Origin: Piromyces finnis finn
Taxonomy: Eukaryota; Fungi; Neocallimastigomycota
Length of the DNA: 64,000 bases
Assembly (NCBI GenBank): GCA_002104945.1
Contig: MCFH01000016.1
Coordinates: 682,001-746,000 of the forward strand
Direction: 5' to 3'
Both the position numbers and the translations under genes were made by a program. Every line of letters starts with the position of its first letter. Positions within the stretch are counted from its first letter, which is position 1. The notes under the pieces were generated by a model, which was not told the DNA's origin, did not search any database, and saw only the letters and a list, made by a program, of their open reading frames with translations. Below are positions 55,588 through 64,000 of the stretch, piece after piece.

Positions 55588-58199
55588 GGTATATTCTATA
55601 TACTATAATTAACATATTGTTTTATTCAAACATATTCCATATATATTTTAATAAAACATTAATTATATTTAACAAAAAATAATTTATATTATATTATAAC
55701 AATTATTAAATAAAATATATTTTTTAAGAATATTATTTATTGATAAATGTAAAAAACAAATTAAATCTACATAGAATAGAAAAAAACGAATAATCTTGCC
55801 AAAGATAATTCTAATACTAGTAATACTAGGAATTGGTTTTTTTGATATAAAAAAATATTAGGTTATTAATAATTAACTTGTTAAATATTTACTTTTTTTA
55901 ATATTAATTCTTAGTGGATTTTTAATTATAAATAAAGTTATTAAAATTTCATTTGTTAATCTTATCCAATCTTTATATTATACAATATATATATTAAATA
56001 TAAAATAAAGTTTGAAGTTTGGAAATTTTAAATGAAATGTTTATTCAAAATTATAAACACCATAATATATTGCAATATATAACCTAATTCAATTGCCACC
56101 TTATATAATATTTATTGATTAATTTTTATTGGAATACAGAAATTGAGAAAAAATAAAATATTTGTTAAAAAAGTGTGACAAACCTACTAGAAAAAGAAAG
56201 AAATAATTAAAAAATTAAAATACCTAGGAACTAAAATGATTAATAATATGTTCACTATTAATTAATATATATTTTTATAATTTATTAGGAATAAATAGAG
56301 AAATAGTTATAGCAATAATAAAACAATTGCTTAAAAATACAAATGTTGAATAAAATCAATATTACTTCACAAATATTTTCAATATTTATAGCCGATAAAG
56401 CATAAATTTATAATATAAATATAAAATAAATTAAATACATGGAATTATTATAAAAAAATTATAATGAATTTAGTTTTTATTAATTAATTAAATTTAATAA
56501 ATGTTTATAAATGGTTACACAAAATGTATTAACTTTTTTATTATTTCTTCAATTGCTTATTTAAATTTTGTAATATTATAGCCACATAATGTTTGTAATA
56601 ATAATATTTTTATTATTTTAATATTAATATTTTGAATATGATATAGATAAATGTTTATAATGCGCCGTATGGATATCCATGTTATATATTTTTTCTAATA
56701 ATTAAAAATAAATTTCTATAGACCTGTTTAAGAAAAAAAATTTTTTCTATAATCACTAAATTCAATAATATGAATGACATAATTAATTAGTAATATATAT
56801 AATTGTTATATTTTATCTAATTTTAAATATTGCTATTATTAATTATTTATTATCAAGTGTTATGAGAATACTTGTTAATGACAGCTATTATATTACATTT
56901 TTAATTAGTAATTGAAAACTATTATTATAGCTTTAGGAGTTTAAAATAATAAATATTTTCAATTTCTAAAGATTTAATAAACAATAAATTATCAATAAAT
57001 TATTAAATATATAATAAACTGTATTGATTTAATTAAAATGTATATATCAAAATTAAATTACTGCATAATTTTAAATAATATCATAATATATATTGATATA
57101 TAATTTATATTTTATAATCATTTAGATTTTATATTATTAAATTTATTTTATTCAAATGTTATAGCCATCTTTTAATTATTTAATATAGTTTTGTATATAT
57201 TAAAATAAATTGTTTCATAAATTTTATTTAAATTATTATATATTACAATAAATTAAAAATTAAAAAGTATTGGTAGTATATTAAATAGTGTTTATTATTA
57301 TATAGAGAAATAAATATATATTATATGAAAATCGATTTATATTATTACATTGTATGGTTTATCAATGCTTTATTAATATTTACATTAAAATGAAAAAGCT
57401 TATAATATATAGTGTATATTTGTAATATAAATTGTTAATATATTGTAAATTAAATTGATGTTTTTTTTATTAATATATGTTTAGTTTATAATATGTAATA
57501 TATTATTGTAGGTAAATGTAAAATTTTATATAATTTATAGTTCAAATAATATATTGTAAATTTAATTTATTTCTTCAATACTATGATATATTTCACCAAT
57601 ATTATTTATTAGCTTTTTTTTTTTTTTTTTTTTTTTTCAATATAAAGCAATGAAATTTACCTTTTTATTTTTAATTTTTTTTGTTTAAATATATTTTTTA
57701 TAAAATAATTTAAAACTTTTAAATCTTAAAAATAAAATTTTTATTAAAAGAGAAGAATAAAAAATTAAATATTTTTAAGAAAAATAAAAAAGATTCAGAA
57801 TAATTACAATATTACACCACAAAAAAAAAATATAATATTATAGATTTTAATTATTTTGATTAGTTAATAAAAACAGAAATAAGTGTTATTCTGTATCTTT
57901 TTTATATATTATATAGTCAATACACGTCGATAATTTAATTAATTCAAAAATAAATAAATAAGTATATATAAAAGAAATATTAATAATAAAAAAGGTAATT
58001 ATATATAATTAATTGAATGAAAAAAAAAAGAAATAAATACAAAAGATTCATTGAAAGTTAAATAAATACTATTACTAATAGTTAATTATTAATTAGTAAT
58101 TAAAATATATTTTATTAATATTAATTGCTTAATTATATTGTAGTTAATAATATAAATTTATTATCTTTATATTTTTTAATATTAATAGTAATATACAAG

Positions 58200-60977
58200 A
58201 TGAAGTGTTTTACAAAAATATCTCTTGTTGTATTATCTCTCTTTTCTTTAAGTAAAGGGGCATTTGGTCAAACTAACAATAATAATGTAGATTTAAATTC
58301 ATTATTTTCAAATATAATTGGAAATAATGATGTACAAAGTACTAAAGTTGCTGGTGTTACCGCTAACCCAACTGAAATTGACGATGAATATACCCAAGAA
58401 GACTTTAGAAAATTTACAAAATTCCTTTTAAATGCTGTTACTCCAACTAAAAATGTTGTTGCTTCTCCAACTACCCCAGCTTCTGATCTTTTAGGTGAAA
58501 TTAAAGATCTTTCTGCTGAACTTGACCAAATTAAGGAAAGAAGAGTAAATGAAATTGATGAATTAATTGATATTATTAAGAATGTTTCTTCTAGATTAGA
58601 AAATTTAGAAAATACTGTTGAACAAAAACTTTCTGAAAAAGAAGCTAACGTTGATACTGTTGTAGATAGTAAGGAAGTTGACTTAAATAATGCTGAAGTT
58701 GATAACATTAATCAAGTTATTTCTCCAATTAATGAAGCTGATATTAAATATGCTGCAATTTACAAAGCTCTTAATCAAAAGAATGAAGACAGAATTGCTG
58801 AAATGCAACAAAATGAAATCAAACTTTTGGAAGAAATTAAAGGATTAATTGCTAACAACAATAATAATAATGTTGTTCTTGATAAAGGAAAGGCAGTAGT
58901 TGATAAAGAAATTATTGTAAATACTGAAGAAGTAAATTCTGCTCCACCTCCAGAAACTACTGAAGAATCAATGAAGGAACAAATTAATGCTGAAGGTGAA
59001 GTTTTTGATCAACTTTATCAAGATCTTAATAAGGATATTGACGAATATAAGAAGGTTGTTTTACAAAAAAGCGAAAATGTCAATAGTGATGAACAATTCA
59101 CAAAAGCAGCAATGATTAGAGATAAAACAAAATCAATTAAACAATATATTAATAAATTAGCATCTTTAGCTAAGAATGAAGAACAAAAGAATAAGCTTAA
59201 GGAAATTAATGATAAATTCGATGGTGTCGAAAATGTCCATATTGAAAAGGTTAACAATGATGAAGAAATAGTTAAGGATGAAATTGCAGCTAAGGAAACT
59301 GCTGAAGAAGCTAAAAACACAAACACTGATGATTTAAAGAATGTAGTTTCAATTGACAATGTTAAAAAAGTTATTGATAAAATTGCTTCTAGTACTACCA
59401 ATGAACAACAAGTTGGTGAAGTTCAAAGAATTATTAAGGAAATTCAATTAAATGAACAAATTCAATTACAAAATGAAAAAACTTTAGCTGAAAATGAAGA
59501 TGATTCTGTTGAAAATGCTCTCTTTAAGGCTGCTTCAAACACAATGAATGAAGAACAAGTCGAAGAAGTACGTAAGTTTATTAAGGCAATTGAAGCTAAT
59601 GCAATTCTTGATAGCAATCTTAAGAAAGATGAAGTTATTAAAAAGTTAATATATGATATTTCTGCAAACACTACTAACGAAGAACAAGTTAAAAAGGTAC
59701 AAAGAATCCTTGAAAAGATTGAAATTTACAATAAGTTTGCTGAAGATACTCAACAAGAAAGAGAAGATAATTTAGCCTTTGGACAAGAAATGGCTGCTGA
59801 AATTGTAAAGACTCCAGATGAAATTAGTAATGATTTAAAAAATCTTTTGGTAAGTTTAGTTGAAAATGCTAAGACTGAAGAAGAAGCATCAAATGTTGCT
59901 AATATTATAGCTCAAATAAAAAACCACGATAAACTTATTAAAGAAGCTGAAAAAACTAAAGAAGCTGAAAGTGATATAAAAATCCCAAATGTAGAATCAT
60001 ACATTATTGAAAAGGAGGATGGTACTACTAGTGAAATTTTCCTCAGAGAAGATTATGAATTTATCCCACCATCTAAAATTCCAGTAGGTAAGCAATCTGT
60101 TAAAATTGATTTAGAAGATGATGAAGAACAAAGCAATGGGGGAATGTATATTCTTGGAGCTTTAGGTGTTATTGCTATAGCTGGTGCTGGCTTTACTTAC
60201 AGATCAAAGGCTAAAAAGTTAAATGATGAATTTCCATTCTCAGATAGTAATTTACCATTTTCAAGTAGTATGAATGGTTTAGTTGTTGACAAGGAATTCC
60301 TTTACGGCAAAACTGAAATCGCCAAACCTGATAATATTATTAATAATGATGCTGTAATTCGTCCATCACAACCATCTTGGGCTACTTCTGTCTTAATGGA
60401 TGAAAATAACAAAAAAGGTTTAAAGGAAAATATCACAATGATTGAAGATCCAGAAGAACTTTTAGATGAACAATTAAATAAAATTCAAAGCAAGGAAAAA
60501 GTTATTGTTAAGTCTTCCCTTCCATCAGTTGTTATTACTATTGATGAAGATAATGTAACTACTAAGGAAGTTCCAGAAGTTCCAAAGCAAAAAGTAAAGA
60601 AACCAAAATTAAGACGTAGTATTGGTAGTATTTCTTTAGATAAGAAAATTAAAGAAGACAGAGAAGGTGCAGCTGAAAAGAAGAAAAGTCGTAAATCTAA
60701 GAGACATCAAAAGAAGGAAATTCCTCGTAAGATTAAAGAGGAAGAAGAATTAGATGAAGAAACCGAAATTTCAATTAATACTTCATTTATGCTTGAAGAT
60801 CCATCTTCATTATTTGATGAAGAAGAAAAAACAAAGAAGGTTTTATTGGAAGAAAAGCCAAAGGTACCAAAACGTATTAGTAGTTATGTCACCGAATGTC
60901 CATTCACTGATGATTTTGCTAAGGAATTAATGGAAGATTACAACAAAAAGTTTGGAGAAATGGAAAAGGAAAACTAA
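58200..60977 (+). CDS. Intronless type I single-pass membrane protein with an acidic helical ectodomain containing internal repeats; unknown function
   Basis: Probable start ATG at 58200 (MKCFTKISLVVLSLFSLSKGAFG, signal peptide). TM segment MYILGALGVIAIAGAGFTY at 60144-60200 is followed by the stop-transfer RSKAKK and a ~258-aa charged cytoplasmic tail. Confidence 0.82.
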   Translation: MKCFTKISLVVLSLFSLSKGAFGQTNNNNVDLNSLFSNIIGNNDVQSTKVAGVTANPTEIDDEYTQEDFRKFTKFLLNAVTPTKNVVASPTTPASDLLGEIKDLSAELDQIKERRVNEIDELIDIIKNVSSRLENLENTVEQKLSEKEANVDTVVDSKEVDLNNAEVDNINQVISPINEADIKYAAIYKALNQKNEDRIAEMQQNEIKLLEEIKGLIANNNNNNVVLDKGKAVVDKEIIVNTEEVNSAPPPETTEESMKEQINAEGEVFDQLYQDLNKDIDEYKKVVLQKSENVNSDEQFTKAAMIRDKTKSIKQYINKLASLAKNEEQKNKLKEINDKFDGVENVHIEKVNNDEEIVKDEIAAKETAEEAKNTNTDDLKNVVSIDNVKKVIDKIASSTTNEQQVGEVQRIIKEIQLNEQIQLQNEKTLAENEDDSVENALFKAASNTMNEEQVEEVRKFIKAIEANAILDSNLKKDEVIKKLIYDISANTTNEEQVKKVQRILEKIEIYNKFAEDTQQEREDNLAFGQEMAAEIVKTPDEISNDLKNLLVSLVENAKTEEEASNVANIIAQIKNHDKLIKEAEKTKEAESDIKIPNVESYIIEKEDGTTSEIFLREDYEFIPPSKIPVGKQSVKIDLEDDEEQSNGGMYILGALGVIAIAGAGFTYRSKAKKLNDEFPFSDSNLPFSSSMNGLVVDKEFLYGKTEIAKPDNIINNDAVIRPSQPSWATSVLMDENNKKGLKENITMIEDPEELLDEQLNKIQSKEKVIVKSSLPSVVITIDEDNVTTKEVPEVPKQKVKKPKLRRSIGSISLDKKIKEDREGAAEKKKSRKSKRHQKKEIPRKIKEEEELDEETEISINTSFMLEDPSSLFDEEEKTKKVLLEEKPKVPKRISSYVTECPFTDDFAKELMEDYNKKFGEMEKEN

Positions 60978-61630
60978 ATAAAAAAATTAAAAACCACATT
61001 ATTCTTAACGTAACAATTAACCACATTTATTTAACAATTAACTCTTTTATAAATTAATCTATATTTAACAGCATTTAACGCATTTATATTTATTTAATTA
61101 TAAAAATATTTATATCTTATACATAAGCTTATAATATTATCAATATATATTTTATCATTAATATCAAAAAAAGAGTTAATAACTAATTAAAAATGAGATA
61201 AAGAGAGATAAAATAAATTTTCTTCTCTTTAAAAATAAAAATATTTATTTTTAATTAAGATATAAAAATAACTTAGATAAGAAATGCGTAGTAAATTGAA
61301 AAAAAAAGGAAAAAAAAAAGGAATTTTTTTTTATATATAATTATTATTACTAAAAATTCATGTTTTTTCTTTTTTAATCAATATTTTTCTACAATTTAAT
61401 TTTCTAGGTAAATGTTACACTTAAAACTAGTAACAAGCAAACGCATTTTTACAATCAAATCTATTATAATAATATAATTTTGTTAATTTTTTTTTATTTT
61501 TATTTTTATATATCTATATAAATTTTAATAAAACATTTAATTATATAAAAGATAAAAAAAAAAAAAAAAAAAGGATTTCAAAGTGTTTTAATATAAATGG
61601 TATGTGTGTATGAATAAACCCTTTTTTTTT

Positions 61631-61650
61631 TGTGTGTGTGTGTGTGTGTG
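61631..61650. repeat. (TG)10 microsatellite
   Basis: Read directly from the sequence. Confidence 0.9.
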
Positions 61651-62224
61651 GGACGAATAATAGAAAAGAAATCTTAACAAGTATCATAAAAAAAAAAAAA
61701 ATACATAATTATTAAGTATTTACATACTAAAACTAAATAATAGCTATTATAAAATATTTAGTTAAATTATATATTTTTTATTATATATATTTTTTAATTA
61801 TAATTTATTTTTATTTGATTATTATTATAATTATTATTTTGTTATAATGAAAAATTGACAATTATTTATAAAGAGGTTCTGTAATGATAATTATTTAATT
61901 TACATGAAATTACTATTAGCTATTATATTTAATATATATAACATGTTAATTTTTTATAAAACGAAAGATTATTTTTTTTATATATGTAAAAATGATTTTA
62001 AAATTTTAGCGTTTATTTTAATAAAGTGATATTATTTTAAATTACAGTGCTATTTATGGCGAATTTAAGGATTTTGAAAATAAATAAATTAAAATGTTAG
62101 GGTTTATATATATAATACCGAATGTTATTGTTATTCTTATTATTATATATTATATGTCATACAACAATAATAAAAAAAAAAAAAAATAGTAGATATTTTA
62201 ATTATTTTTTTTTCTTTTATTCAT

Positions 62225-62851
62225 TTAACAATAGTGATTTCTTTTATCTCTACTTCCAATGTTTGTTTTAGCAAAAAATACAGCAATTGCAATTATTAAT
62301 GCATTATCAACATCAGATGCCATTTCAATAGAATATCTACTTTCAGTATCTATTAAGAATGAATTTGCATCCATTAATTCAACAATCTTTGCAACCATTG
62401 GTGAACCTTCTTTTTCTTTTCCTTGGAAGATTCCACATGATCCAAAAAATCCATCACAATTCATATCAAGAACTTCATTTTTTTCTGTTGCTTGATTGTA
62501 AAACTCAACAGAAAACTTGATGGCAACAGTGGAATTCTTTGGAGTAATAGTAGCTAAAATATCTTTATCATCTTTTCCTTTATAGATTTTTGTTTTAGAA
62601 GAAAATAATTTTTCACGAAAATTAAATAATGGTTTATTGTTATTATCATAGACAACTCTATAGGAATCACCTTTATTACATTTGAAATATTCAATCCCAT
62701 CACTACCTACAAATTTAAAATCACAATCATTTGTTTCTGGATTATCAATTAATAATAAATTCATATATTGTTTAAAGGTAAATCCTTCAAGAACACTGAT
62801 TTCATTTTTTGGTTGAGATACAATTTCCGAATTGTAAGTTTTTAATTTCAT
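62225..62851 (-). CDS. LURP-one-related / Tubby C-terminal-like (DUF567, scramblase superfamily) protein, intronless
   Basis: DFKFVGSDGIEYFKC, YDNNNKPLFNFREKLFS, TKIYKG..DKDILATI, GIFQG......PMVAKI, YSIEMASDVDNALIIAIAVFF. Confidence 0.72.
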   Translation of the reverse strand: MKLKTYNSEIVSQPKNEISVLEGFTFKQYMNLLLIDNPETNDCDFKFVGSDGIEYFKCNKGDSYRVVYDNNNKPLFNFREKLFSSKTKIYKGKDDKDILATITPKNSTVAIKFSVEFYNQATEKNEVLDMNCDGFFGSCGIFQGKEKEGSPMVAKIVELMDANSFLIDTESRYSIEMASDVDNALIIAIAVFFAKTNIGSRDKRNHYC

Positions 62852-63833
62852 ATTTGATTATTTTTTTTTTAAAAAAAAATTAAATACAACAAAAAGTATT
62901 AAAATTAATTTTTATTCATTTATTTATAAAAAAATATTAATTTATTTTATATTTTTTTTAATTAGATAAAATATTTTTTTAAAGTTGTACAAGGTGAATA
63001 ACTTTTTCATATTATAATAAAATGTTAATAACTTTTAAGAGAAAGATACTTTAAATATCTAAATTATTTATATATTTTTTTTTCATTTCCCATTCATATT
63101 TTATTTTATTGCTTTGATTTTATTATAAATAATTAAGCAAAATCTAATTGTTATTATAATGTTAATAAAATATTAAAAGCAATTTTAATTGTGATAATAA
63201 TAATGATAAATTAATGTATTAGAAGAAAAAAAAATATGGAATAAGAAAAATGATAGCCACTTTATCATTTTTATAATTAATTAACAAATAAAAAACATTA
63301 TGGTTTACTTGTATAAAATATGATTTAAATACTTTTTTAATATCCTAATATAGATTTTCTTTTTATTATTATTGTTATTATTATTATCTTCTATTGAATA
63401 TATTTATAATTTTTTTTTAATTAACTATATTATTAAAATCATTTAATCCTCTATTTTATTTTATATACTAAAAACCATTTTAATATAAAAGAATGAATAT
63501 TTTATTGTGAACTTATATATAAATAATTAAAGAAAAAGGGAGATAAGAAATGTTTTATTTACTCTATAATAAAATGTATAATTATTTGCTTTTATATTTG
63601 TATATTTTAAAATTTTAATTTTAAATTATTTTTACATTAATAAAATAAATATATAATAAAACAAAAGAAATAAATTATTTATCATAAAAGTATATACAAT
63701 AAATTATAACAATTTTTTTTCTTTAAAAATATTAATAAATCATATTTTAAAAGATTACTAATTTTAATAGATAACTAAATATTTGTATTTTACCATTTAC
63801 AATTATTAGTGTTTTGATTAATTTAAATATACA

Positions 63834-63875
<42 letters not shown>
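63834..63875. repeat. (ATT)~14 microsatellite between the two LURP-one-like genes
   Basis: Read directly from the sequence. Confidence 0.9.
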
Positions 63876-63921
63876 TTCATATTATATTATTGCGTTTTTT
63901 TTTTTTATTTATTTATTTTTC

Positions 63922-64000
63922 TTATTCTTTCTTTAATTGGTCGAAACAAATGGTTGCAGCGACAATTAAAGCAATATCAACACCTGGTGCAATTTCGACA
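63922..64000 (-). CDS. 3' end of a second LURP-one/Tubby-C-like paralog (5' part beyond the right edge)
   Basis: The reverse strand reads VEIAPGVDIALIVAATICFDQLKKE*, the typical family C-terminus, aligning with the end of 62225..62851. Confidence 0.7.
   Translation of the reverse strand, partial: VEIAPGVDIALIVAATICFDQLKKE

Noticed and set aside
58125-58199. N-terminal extension from the ORF-track TTG start
   Set aside because: The region has UTR-like AT composition; the ATG at 58200 directly precedes a good signal peptide.

Overview
Eukaryotic, extremely AT-rich and intron-rich genomic DNA. Short GT-AG introns, poly-A/T and (TAA)n tracts, and fungal-type genes (VPS74, SIW14, GCN2, ATG27-like) suggest an early-diverging fungus, most likely an anaerobic gut fungus (Neocallimastigomycota); this is inference, not a database match. 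I hand-spliced 13 protein-coding genes, two of them cut by the window edges. In order: MyTH4-type (class VII/XXII-like) myosin, IQCE-like coiled-coil protein, SIW14-family phosphatase, ATG27/M6PR-like receptor, GCN2, a ~3,545-aa CH-CH / degenerate spectrin repeat / SxIP / GAR protein, VPS74/GOLPH3, a TAF3/TAF8-like BTP histone-fold protein, an annexin, a Cys-rich GPI-type protein, a type I membrane protein with an unrecognised helical repeat, and two tandem LURP-one/Tubby-C-like genes. The standout is the giant gene at 26593-38198, which has the architecture of an animal spectraplakin (actin-microtubule crosslinker) in a fungus. No rRNA, tRNA, CRISPR array or intact transposon was recognised. 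All family assignments come from motif recall, not searches.
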